Origin: an uncultured Gammaproteobacteria bacterium
GTDB taxonomy: Bacteria; Patescibacteriota; Microgenomatia; Levybacterales; GWA1-39-11
Direction of reading: 5' to 3'
Assembly (NCBI GenBank): GCA_964627245.1
Contig: CAZVGS010000007.1
Coordinates: forward strand, 1-59,491
DNA length: 59,491 bases
This document shows positions 18,368-26,891 of the stretch, piece after piece. Both the position numbers and the translations under genes were made by a program. The notes beneath the pieces were generated by a model. That model was not told the origin of the DNA, made no database searches, and saw only the letters and a program-made list of their open reading frames with translations. Each line of letters opens with the position of its first letter. The first letter of the stretch is position 1.

Positions 18368-19620
18368 TGAAAAGTGATATAAAAAATATATTTATAAATC
18401 CGTTGGTTGCAGGATCTTTTTTTTTGTTTCTTGGTGGAATTATCGCAAGTTTTTTTAACTTCCTTTTTAATATTCTTATGAGTAGAAACCTTCCGGTCGA
18501 AGATTATGGTATTCTCATAAGCTTGATTTCAATTGTTACATTACTTGCAATCCCATCAGGCGCAATTACACCGACTGTTGTTACGGTAGCTGGAGGGTAT
18601 TTCACGAAAAACGACAGAGCGCATCTCCACGCCTTTTATTTGAAACTATTTAAGGCACTTGTTGGAATAGGTATTATGCTGTTTCTAGTTTTTTTCTTGT
18701 TCTCAGGAATACTTGCTGATTTTTTTAAGATTGAAAATACAATTCTTCTAAGTTTCGCAATAGCGGGTGTAGTTTTATCTTACTTACTTACTCTAAGTAA
18801 CTCCTTTCTTCAGGCAAAGCTAGCTTTCAGATTCTTATCATTCTCAAATTCCGTTGCGGCTTTTTTGAAAGTTTTATTGGCCTTTTCGTTGGTGCTATTT
18901 GGGTGGGGTACTCTTGGTGCTCTCTTCGGGTTTTTAATTTCACTTGCAATAACAATTCTTTTGGGAGTCTATTATTTCAGAAATTTCATTTTTTACAAAT
19001 CTAAAGATCTTCCAAAAATTTCATATAAGGATTTATTGTCATACGGTGTTCCGTCCGCTATCGTCATTTTTTCTCTTAATGCCCTTGTTTCAAGTGATAT
19101 TCTTCTTGTAAAGCATCTTTTTTCCTCTTATCAAGCAGGGCTTTATGCAGGACTTTCTCTGGTTGGACGAGTTGTATTTTTTATAGGGGCACCAATAGGG
19201 ACAGTCATGTTCTCGGTAATCGTCAAAAGGATCAGTAACAGTCAAGGCTATAGGTTAATTTTGTTTCTGTCAATTGCAATGGTAACTACGCTTTCTTTAT
19301 CAATAAGTATTTTTTACTATTTATTTCCTGAATTCTCTATTATTTTCTTTCTAAAAAAGGAAGAATACTTACCGGTTAGTGTTAATCTCTTTAGGTTTTC
19401 TATATTTATAACTTTATATTCCATAGTTTCATTAATGGCGTACTATTTTCTTTCGATAAAAAAAACTGCATTCTCAGTAGTAATGCTCCTTGCCGCAATG
19501 CTACAAATAGTGCTTATTTATACGTACCATGATAATTTTGATCAAGTAATTAATATATCTATTATGGTCTGTATATTAATTCTTATATCCTCTGCGATTA
19601 TTCAGCGTTTCAAGAATTAA
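18367..19620 (+). CDS. MOP-superfamily polysaccharide/oligosaccharide flippase (Wzx-like)
   Basis: About 12 hydrophobic helices. N-terminal pattern NILMSRNLPVEDYG resembles the Polysacc_synt family. ATG 18367 overlaps the upstream TGA by 1 nt; the ORF also opens at 18349. Confidence 0.6.
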   Translation: MKSDIKNIFINPLVAGSFFLFLGGIIASFFNFLFNILMSRNLPVEDYGILISLISIVTLLAIPSGAITPTVVTVAGGYFTKNDRAHLHAFYLKLFKALVGIGIMLFLVFFLFSGILADFFKIENTILLSFAIAGVVLSYLLTLSNSFLQAKLAFRFLSFSNSVAAFLKVLLAFSLVLFGWGTLGALFGFLISLAITILLGVYYFRNFIFYKSKDLPKISYKDLLSYGVPSAIVIFSLNALVSSDILLVKHLFSSYQAGLYAGLSLVGRVVFFIGAPIGTVMFSVIVKRISNSQGYRLILFLSIAMVTTLSLSISIFYYLFPEFSIIFFLKKEEYLPVSVNLFRFSIFITLYSIVSLMAYYFLSIKKTAFSVVMLLAAMLQIVLIYTYHDNFDQVINISIMVCILILISSAIIQRFKN

Positions 19621-19625
19621 ACTTC

Positions 19626-19654
19626 TTGCTATATCAAGTTCACTCTAATAAAAT
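19626..19654 (+). promoter_or_regulatory. Sigma70-like promoter TTGCTA-17 nt-TAAAAT upstream of the gene at 19669
   Basis: Hexamers at 19626-19631 and 19649-19654, read directly, with a 17-nt spacer. 14 nt to the ATG. Confidence 0.35.
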
Positions 19655-19668
19655 AACAAGATAAAAAT

Positions 19669-20439
19669 ATGCGTAAAAAGCATCAAAAAATATCGTTAGT
19701 TATACCTGCCTTCAAGCAAGAAAAGACAATCGTGCAAAATGTAAGAAAAATTTCCGCTGTTCTTAAAGAATTAAAATACGAGTTTGAAATAATAGTTGTT
19801 GTTGACGGCAGATTGGACAAGACGTATGAAAAAATTAAGAAAAACCGTTCCAAAAAAATCAGAGTTTATCAGTACAAGATAAATCAAGGTAAAGGGTATG
19901 CAGTGAAGTACGGATGTCTTCGGGCGAAAGGTGATATTATTGGATTTATTGATGCAGGTCTTGATATTGACCTGACAGGAGTTTCCATGCTGCTTAATCA
20001 CATGATTTGGTATGATGCCGATATTATTGTTGGAAGCAAGTTGCATCCTGTATCAAAGGTTAATTATCCCGGATACCGTAAAGTCCTTTCTTGGGGATAC
20101 AGAACTTTTACAAGGTTACTTTTTGGATTTAAATTAAGGGATACCCAGACTGGTATTAAATTTTATAAATCAAAGGTCGTTAAAGATGTTTTTCCAAGGC
20201 TTTTGGTTAAGACCTTTGCTTTTGATGTTGAAATTCTTGCGCTTTCTTACGCTCTTGGATATAGAAGAATATTTGAAGCACCCATAAAATTAAATTTCAA
20301 GGGTGCAAATTCTATTACATCATCTACTCTTTGGTTAGTGGTTGCGCATATGATTTGGGATACGATGTCTGTATTTTATAGAGTTAGAATTTTAAAATAC
20401 TACAGAAAAAGAAACAAAAAAAATTGGATGACGAAATGA
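19669..20439 (+). CDS. GT2, Dpm1/GtrB-type polyprenyl-phosphate sugar synthase (second copy)
   Basis: 256 aa. Motifs: ISLVIPAFKQEKTI, IIVVVDGRLDKT, NQGKGYAVKYG, FIDAGLDID, RDTQTGIKFYK. Confidence 0.7.
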   Translation: MRKKHQKISLVIPAFKQEKTIVQNVRKISAVLKELKYEFEIIVVVDGRLDKTYEKIKKNRSKKIRVYQYKINQGKGYAVKYGCLRAKGDIIGFIDAGLDIDLTGVSMLLNHMIWYDADIIVGSKLHPVSKVNYPGYRKVLSWGYRTFTRLLFGFKLRDTQTGIKFYKSKVVKDVFPRLLVKTFAFDVEILALSYALGYRRIFEAPIKLNFKGANSITSSTLWLVVAHMIWDTMSVFYRVRILKYYRKRNKKNWMTK

Positions 20440-20449
20440 AAAGTTATAC

Positions 20450-21787
20450 ATGACGCATATGGATTTTATTGCTAGAAATAGACATTTTTGGTTACTTGCG
20501 CTTTGCGCAATTTTGCTGCTCGGATTTTTTGTAAGAGACTCAAAGCTTTATGAGACACCCAGACTAGGCGCAACTTTTGATGAGTTTGCGTGGACTTGGC
20601 TTGGTGTAAGTATTATACAAACGGGAACCCCGACTTCATGGTCTCCGCATAAACAATACAGTGATGTGAGGGTTTTTAAGCATAAAGGTGCCTATTTTAG
20701 ATTGGTTAAGCCTTATCTTGAGCATCCGCCACTTTTTGGTCTTGTTGCAGGCAGTTTTTCGCTGTTCTCAGGAGCAAAAAGCATGCTTGATGTTGAACTT
20801 TTCCATATCCGTCCTTTAGCGCTTATCATGGGGAGTCTTAGTATTATTCTAGTTTATATTCTGGCGAGTTTGAGTTTTGGAAAATCGGTTGGTCTAATCT
20901 CTGCACTTCTTTATTCCGTTGTGCCAACCGTTGCAATAGGTTCACGGCTAATCCAAAATGAAAATTTTTTTATTCCCTTATGGCTTTTAGGGTTAATCGC
21001 GGTATATTTTTCGATTAAAAAGAATAAGAAATTATACGTCCTCACCTCGGCTGTAATTGCTTTAATTCTTGTCCTTTCTAAGATTCCATTTATTGCGGGA
21101 GGCTTATCATTCATAACGCTATACTTAATCTCAAGAAAATTCAAAGCTGCTTTTGCTGTCTTTACGGCCTTGCTTATAGGCATCTTAATATATATTTCCT
21201 ATGGTATTTATTTTGACAAAGACTTACTTTTTAGTATTCTGCAACTCCAGACACAAAGATACGACCTAACCTTTAACAGCATATTTGCGGTTTTTGAGAA
21301 ACCGTACCTGGCAGACCGGTTTTATACGGATGGGTGGATTTTGTGGGGTTACATTTCCTTATTCCTGCTGATGTTAAAGGATTTCAAGAAAAACGTCTAT
21401 ATTCTCATACCTTTCTTGTCGTACTTTTTGATATTTATGGCGGGTATTCCTGATGAACCTGGTCATGGCTGGTATAGGTACCCTTTTTATCCGTTTTTAA
21501 TTATTTCGCTTGCACTATTTATAAAAGAATATTTTGCAAAGAATTACCTTTTAACATTCTTCTTTTTAGCATTTATTGTAACTTCTTTATTGCAAAATGT
21601 TTATGAAGTAAGATTTGGATTTTCATTCCCGGTTTTTAGAATTTTTATTTTGCTATGCGGGTTAGTCTTATTGCCTTATTTTGGAAAATGGAAGCTAGCA
21701 GTTAGAATTTCTGTTGTTGTCAGTTATTTACTATTAATATGGGCATTAGCTTTAAGTATAGTGAGTGGGATAACTTTTTTGGATTGA
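20450..21787 (+). CDS. PMT_2-like GT-C membrane glycosyltransferase
   Basis: 445 aa, polytopic. First-loop acidic motif FDEFAWTWLG, then LEHPPLFGL. Confidence 0.6.
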   Translation: MTHMDFIARNRHFWLLALCAILLLGFFVRDSKLYETPRLGATFDEFAWTWLGVSIIQTGTPTSWSPHKQYSDVRVFKHKGAYFRLVKPYLEHPPLFGLVAGSFSLFSGAKSMLDVELFHIRPLALIMGSLSIILVYILASLSFGKSVGLISALLYSVVPTVAIGSRLIQNENFFIPLWLLGLIAVYFSIKKNKKLYVLTSAVIALILVLSKIPFIAGGLSFITLYLISRKFKAAFAVFTALLIGILIYISYGIYFDKDLLFSILQLQTQRYDLTFNSIFAVFEKPYLADRFYTDGWILWGYISLFLLMLKDFKKNVYILIPFLSYFLIFMAGIPDEPGHGWYRYPFYPFLIISLALFIKEYFAKNYLLTFFFLAFIVTSLLQNVYEVRFGFSFPVFRIFILLCGLVLLPYFGKWKLAVRISVVVSYLLLIWALALSIVSGITFLD

Positions 21788-21793
21788 TATAAA
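21785..21793 (+). promoter_or_regulatory. Extended -10 box TGATATAAA, 7 nt upstream of ATG 21801 (leaderless geometry)
   Basis: Read directly. The TG comes from the TGA stop of the upstream gene. Confidence 0.4.
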
Positions 21794-21800
21794 TTCAAGC

Positions 21801-22907
21801 ATGAAAATTCTAATATTAAACTGGAGAGACCCTAAAAATCCAAAGGGCGGAGGCGCGGAGATCGTAACTTTGGAACATGCGAAAAGATGGGTTGAAAAGG
21901 GATATGAGGTAACATGGTTTACTTCTGCATTCAAGGGCTGTGAAAGAAGGGAAACCCTAAACGGAATCAATATTATACGCTGGGGGAATTACATTACAGT
22001 TTATCTGCTAGCACCAATCTTCTATTTTTTAAGTCATGGTAAATTCGACATTGTTATTGATGAAATCCATGGAATTCCTTTCTTGACCCCAATTTATGTG
22101 AGAAAGCCAAAAATAGTGATAATACACGAAGTCGCAGATTCGATTTGGAATTACATGTTTCCGTGGCCGATAAATATAATAGGAAGGTTTAGTGAAAAAT
22201 TCTATTTTAAGATTTATAAGAATATGGAGTTTTTGGTGCCTTCCAAATCCACACGTCATGATCTAGTTCAAAAAGGTATTCCAAGAACAAAGATCAATAT
22301 GTTTTACTGCGGTGTAAATAAGCCGCCGCTTTTGTCATTGCAAAAAGAAAAAAATCCTACGTTCATTTTTATTAGCAGGCTGGTAAAAATGAAGGGAATT
22401 CAGAATGTTATTGACTCCTTTTGTATGATTAAAATAAGACTTCCCAATGCAAAACTATGGGTAGTAGGAGATGGAGATAAAGATGACGTAAGCAGATTTA
22501 AGCTTCGGGTTAGAGAGTCCGGATTGTTAAGAGACGTTATTTTTTTCGGACGGGTTAGCGAAAAGAAGAAATTCGAATTGATGAGAAGAGCTCACATCCT
22601 ACTTCATGCATCGGTTAGAGAAGGGTGGGGATTGGTAGTGATAGAGGCTGCCAGTCAGAAAACCCCCTCTGTTGTCTATAACGTTGGTGGTTTGCGGGAT
22701 TCTGTAATTAATAACAAGACTGGAATTGTAATAAAAAATAATACTCCCTTGGAGCTTTCAAATCAAGCAGTCCAACTCTATGAAGATAAAAAAACTTACA
22801 AAAGATTGCAGAGGGAGTCTTTGGAATGGGTAAACTTTCTTACGTGGGAAAGATCAGTAAGCTCTAGCTTAAAGCTGATAAGGAAATTAACAAAGGATTA
22901 TGTATAA
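21801..22907 (+). CDS. Glycosyltransferase family 4
   Basis: 368 aa. Signature REGWGLVVIEAASQKTPSVVYNVGGLRDSV. Confidence 0.85.
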   Translation: MKILILNWRDPKNPKGGGAEIVTLEHAKRWVEKGYEVTWFTSAFKGCERRETLNGINIIRWGNYITVYLLAPIFYFLSHGKFDIVIDEIHGIPFLTPIYVRKPKIVIIHEVADSIWNYMFPWPINIIGRFSEKFYFKIYKNMEFLVPSKSTRHDLVQKGIPRTKINMFYCGVNKPPLLSLQKEKNPTFIFISRLVKMKGIQNVIDSFCMIKIRLPNAKLWVVGDGDKDDVSRFKLRVRESGLLRDVIFFGRVSEKKKFELMRRAHILLHASVREGWGLVVIEAASQKTPSVVYNVGGLRDSVINNKTGIVIKNNTPLELSNQAVQLYEDKKTYKRLQRESLEWVNFLTWERSVSSSLKLIRKLTKDYV

Positions 22908-22919
22908 TTGCAGGGTGTT

Positions 22920-23951
22920 ATGACAAAAAAAGAGAAGTTACCAACAGTAACAATAGTAATTATTACCTATAATGTTGAACGTACAATTTCAAGAGTTTTG
23001 GAGAGTATATTAATGCAGGATTATCCGAAGGATAGATATGAAGTAGTGATTATTGATGGTAACTCTAAAGATAAAACGCTTAGCATAATCCGGAAATCAA
23101 GGTTAAAAACAAGAATAGTTCAGAGTAAGTACCCTAGAGATCCCGAGGCTTGCAGGGGAGAAGGTTTACTCAATGCAAGGAACGAGTTAGTTTGTTTTAT
23201 TGATTCGGATAATATTATGCCTCATGAAAAATGGCTAACCAACATGGTCGAGCCCTTTATTGAAAATGCAGACATCGTTGGCACGGCAACCTTAAGATTT
23301 GCATACTTAAAAAATGATAATTATCTCAATAGATATTTTGCGTTGATCGGATCGGCAGACCCTGTGGGACTGTATTTAGGAAAGGCAGACAAATTATCTT
23401 ATATTACTAATAAATGGAATTTGTACGGTACTATCGTTAAAAAAAGTAAAAAATACTTTTTAGTTAAATTTGACCCTAACCATTTTCCAACTCTTGGATC
23501 AAATGGTTTTTGCGCTAGGGTAAGACTGCTCAGAAAAGCGCAATCCGATCCTGAGCATTATTTTCACATTGATGTACCCTTGGACCTGGCATATCTTGGT
23601 TATAGAAAGTATGGTATCGTAAGAGAAACCATAATCCATGATACAGCATCCGATCCATCAATCTTAAAATATGTTGTTAAAAGGGCTAAGTATATGATGC
23701 TGCATTACCAAAAAAGATCTAAAGATAGAAGGTATATGGTTTTTGATCCCGGGAGAACTAGTGATGTTTACAGAATAATTTTGTTTGTCATATTGGCATC
23801 AACGTTTTTACAGCCTCTATATGTTGCAGTTAAAGGTTACAGAAGAAAGAAAGATTGGGCGTGGTTTGTGCATCCAATTTTTTGTTTTGCGATCGTTTTA
23901 GGATATGAGGTTGCAATATTAAAGAGACTGCTTCCTATTTCTCAAAAATGA
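22920..23951 (+). CDS. Glycosyltransferase family 2 with C-terminal membrane hairpin
   Basis: ATG 22920; the ORF also opens at TTG 22908. Motifs: VTIVIITYNVERTI, VVIIDGNSKDKT, FIDSDN, PTLGSNGF, YFHIDV. Hydrophobic C-terminus. Paralogue of the gene at 25117. Confidence 0.8.
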   Translation: MTKKEKLPTVTIVIITYNVERTISRVLESILMQDYPKDRYEVVIIDGNSKDKTLSIIRKSRLKTRIVQSKYPRDPEACRGEGLLNARNELVCFIDSDNIMPHEKWLTNMVEPFIENADIVGTATLRFAYLKNDNYLNRYFALIGSADPVGLYLGKADKLSYITNKWNLYGTIVKKSKKYFLVKFDPNHFPTLGSNGFCARVRLLRKAQSDPEHYFHIDVPLDLAYLGYRKYGIVRETIIHDTASDPSILKYVVKRAKYMMLHYQKRSKDRRYMVFDPGRTSDVYRIILFVILASTFLQPLYVAVKGYRRKKDWAWFVHPIFCFAIVLGYEVAILKRLLPISQK

Positions 23952-25117
23952 TCCCTCTAATAAAATCAACATTTTATAAAGAAGCTCAGACTAAAAGGGA
24001 GCTTGTGAATTTCATAAAGAAAGCAAAGATTCTGAGTTTTAGCAAAGAGTGTGAAAAATTTGAAAAGGGGTTCGCCCGTTTTCAAGGCCGTAAAACTTGT
24101 GTCATGGTTAACAGCGGAAGTTCTGCAAATCTTGCATTGATTCAAGCGTTATTAAACATGGGGATGATAAAGGCAGGTGATAAAGTTGGGTTTTCAGAGT
24201 TAACCTGGTCGACCAATGCCATGCCCCTCATACAGCTTGGGCTTAAGCCCGTGCCGGTGGATGTAGAGCTTGAAACATTAAATGTGTCGTCGAAAACATT
24301 ATCCAAAGTTTTGGTGAGAGAGAAAATAAAATTAATGTTTTTAACTAACCTCCTTGGTTTTTGCTCAGATCCGGAAAAAATTGCCGAAATATGCAAGAGA
24401 GAAAAAATTATTTTGGTCGAAGACAATTGCGAAGCCTTAGGCACTAAATACAAAGGCAGGAATTTGGGTAATTTTGGTCTAGCCAGCACTTTTTCTTTTT
24501 ACGTTGGACATCATTTGTCAACAATTGAAGGAGGTGCGGTTTGTACAGATTCCGATGAACTTGCTACTCAACTTAGCGTAGTAAGAGCACACGGCTGGGA
24601 CAGAAACCTGAATTCCAGAAATCAAAAAATGTTTAGGAATAAATTTAATGTAAATTCTACTTTTTACTCTAGATACACCTTCTACGATTTGGGTTTTAAC
24701 TTAAGACCTACCGAAATAAGCGGATTTATTGGAAATGTGCAGTTGAAGTATATTAGGGAAATAGTAGGAAAGAGAAAGGATAATTTTGCCAAACTATCCA
24801 ACTTACTATATTCGGATCAAAGGTTTTATCCAATAAAATATGATCACTTGGATCTTGTTTCTAATTTTGCTGTACCCGTGATATGCAAGTCCCAGAAAAC
24901 AAGGGACGAACTCGTTAAGAAGTGTGATAAAAGACTGGAGATACGTCCAATTGTAGGGGGAGCCATGACAATGCAGCCATTCTTTCAAAAATATGTCGGG
25001 AAAAAATTCAGCAGTAATACAAATGCCAAGCTTATACATGAAAACGGATTTTATTTCGGCAATAATCCCGAGCTAACAAAAAAGGAGATTTCAGAAATAC
25101 TTAAAATACTTTCATAA
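23948..25117 (+). CDS. DegT/DnrJ/EryC1-family PLP/PMP enzyme; ColD/E1-like nucleotide-sugar 3-dehydratase candidate
   Basis: 389 aa. Motifs NSGSSANLLAL and TFSFYVGHHLSTIEGG. The position of the Schiff-base lysine (FSFHAIKxxxxxEGG in aminotransferases) is occupied by His, as in ColD and E1. Confidence 0.7.
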   Translation: MIPLIKSTFYKEAQTKRELVNFIKKAKILSFSKECEKFEKGFARFQGRKTCVMVNSGSSANLALIQALLNMGMIKAGDKVGFSELTWSTNAMPLIQLGLKPVPVDVELETLNVSSKTLSKVLVREKIKLMFLTNLLGFCSDPEKIAEICKREKIILVEDNCEALGTKYKGRNLGNFGLASTFSFYVGHHLSTIEGGAVCTDSDELATQLSVVRAHGWDRNLNSRNQKMFRNKFNVNSTFYSRYTFYDLGFNLRPTEISGFIGNVQLKYIREIVGKRKDNFAKLSNLLYSDQRFYPIKYDHLDLVSNFAVPVICKSQKTRDELVKKCDKRLEIRPIVGGAMTMQPFFQKYVGKKFSSNTNAKLIHENGFYFGNNPELTKKEISEILKILS

Positions 25118-26157
25118 TGAAATTTTCAAATAAACCCTTACCCTTTGTATCCGCTGTTATTCCAACCTATAACTCAAGCAGGATTATAGAAAAATGTCTG
25201 CATAGTATATTAAAGCAGGACTACCCAAAAAGTAAGCTGGAAATAATAATTGTTGACGGGGGCTCTACCGACAGCACAATTAGTATAGTTAGTAAATTTA
25301 AGGTAAAACTAATATATGCAGATCCAAAAAAACAAAATGTCGAATATAATAAAAGCATTGGAATAGAACACGCTAAGGGCGATTTACTCTTAATGCTTGA
25401 TCACGATAATATTTTGCCGAATAAAGACACTCTTCAAAAGATGGTTAAGCCATTCACCGAGATTGATGATTTGGTTGCGTCTGAAACTCTGCACTACAAG
25501 TATGATAAAAGAGCATCTTTAATTAATAGATATATTGCACTTTTTGGAGTCACAGATCCAGTAGCTTACTACCTTGGTAAAGCAGATAGGATGTCGTATC
25601 ACACCGAAGAGTATGACAAAAAATACAAACCTGAAAAAAGAAAGGGATATTTTTTAGTTAGATTTTCAAAAAAAAATTTACCAACAGTTGGGGCAAACGG
25701 ATTTTTAGTGAACAAAGAAATCCTAAAGAATAATGCAAAAATTAGTCCCCGTTACTATTTTCATATTGATGTAAATGTGGACCTGATTAACAAAGGATAC
25801 AACAAATACGCTTTTGTGAATGATTCAATTCTTCACCTCGGAGGTGATGTTAGCCTTAACAAATTTTTTCTGAGAAGAATGAAATTCATGAAACAGTTTT
25901 TTTCCGGTGACAATAAAACGGCAGCAAAGAGACGCTATAAGATATATAAGAGAGAGGATAGGCTAAGACTGGTATATTTCATACTAATCAGCATCACATT
26001 CATTATACCTTTAATAGACAGTATGCGAGGTTACCTAAGAATCAAAGATAAAGCATGGTTTTTGCATCCGGTTATATGTTTTGGTTTTGTGTTAGTCTAC
26101 GGATATGTTATTCTTGAGCATTATATTGTAAAGTCATGCAAACACTTTTTAAGATAG
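25117..26157 (+). CDS. Glycosyltransferase family 2 with C-terminal membrane hairpin (paralogue of the gene at 22920)
   Basis: 346 aa, TAATG junction. Motifs: VSAVIPTYNSSRII, IIIVDGGSTDST, LDHDN, PTVGANGF, YFHIDV. Confidence 0.8.
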   Translation: MKFSNKPLPFVSAVIPTYNSSRIIEKCLHSILKQDYPKSKLEIIIVDGGSTDSTISIVSKFKVKLIYADPKKQNVEYNKSIGIEHAKGDLLLMLDHDNILPNKDTLQKMVKPFTEIDDLVASETLHYKYDKRASLINRYIALFGVTDPVAYYLGKADRMSYHTEEYDKKYKPEKRKGYFLVRFSKKNLPTVGANGFLVNKEILKNNAKISPRYYFHIDVNVDLINKGYNKYAFVNDSILHLGGDVSLNKFFLRRMKFMKQFFSGDNKTAAKRRYKIYKREDRLRLVYFILISITFIIPLIDSMRGYLRIKDKAWFLHPVICFGFVLVYGYVILEHYIVKSCKHFLR

Positions 26158-26891
26158 TATTGGTACTTAAAACGTTCACTAATTTTCATGTAGCATTTGC
26201 AGATAAACTTGGTTTGGTAAAGTCTAAGGTTCTATATAAAACACGAAGCGGATTGTTCTTTTGGGCAAGAGGAGGCACGGAGGATATGGCGGAAATTGCA
26301 GTTGTTGCTTCCGGAAGCGAGTATGATTTAAGCCTGGTTGATTTGGGAGCGAATCCGATAATACTTGACCTAGGAGCACATATTGGAACATTCAGCGTTT
26401 ATGTCTCTAAAAAATTAAGGAGAAGCAAAATACTTGCTTTCGAACCTGATAGCAGTAATTTTGATCTTTTACAAAAGAATATAAGAAAAAATAAAGCAAA
26501 AAATATTAAGACTTATAACATGGCTGTAGCCAGCTATACAGGCAGAGGATTTCTACAGACAAGGTCTCTAAATACTGACGCCTATTATTTGGACAAGGTT
26601 GGTAAAAGAAGGCCTAACTGTAAAGTTGTATCACTTATAGATGTATGTAAAAAAAATAATTTAACAAGAATTCAGCTTATGAAGATTGATATAGAGGGGG
26701 GGGAGTACGACCTTTTCTTTGATAAACCAACGCTTAAATTTATGCAACAGCATGTAAAATACATATATATGGAGTACCACAATGTTAACAAGATAAAAAA
26801 CTCATCATCAATAAAAAAATGCGTAAAAAATATCTTTAACGTAACTCAGCAACATAATAACTTATTCATAATGGAAAACATAAAAATATGA
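26136..26891 (+). CDS. FkbM-family SAM-dependent methyltransferase
   Basis: 251 aa. Motifs: ILDLGAHIGTFSVY, AFEPDSSNFDLLQKNI, KIDIEGGEYDLF. Confidence 0.75.
   Translation: MQTLFKIVLVLKTFTNFHVAFADKLGLVKSKVLYKTRSGLFFWARGGTEDMAEIAVVASGSEYDLSLVDLGANPIILDLGAHIGTFSVYVSKKLRRSKILAFEPDSSNFDLLQKNIRKNKAKNIKTYNMAVASYTGRGFLQTRSLNTDAYYLDKVGKRRPNCKVVSLIDVCKKNNLTRIQLMKIDIEGGEYDLFFDKPTLKFMQQHVKYIYMEYHNVNKIKNSSSIKKCVKNIFNVTQQHNNLFIMENIKI
26696..26703 (+). repeat. G8 homopolymer inside the FkbM methyltransferase CDS
   Basis: gag-ggg-ggg-gag read directly, encoding EGGE of the KIDIEGGEYD motif. Confidence 0.95.
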
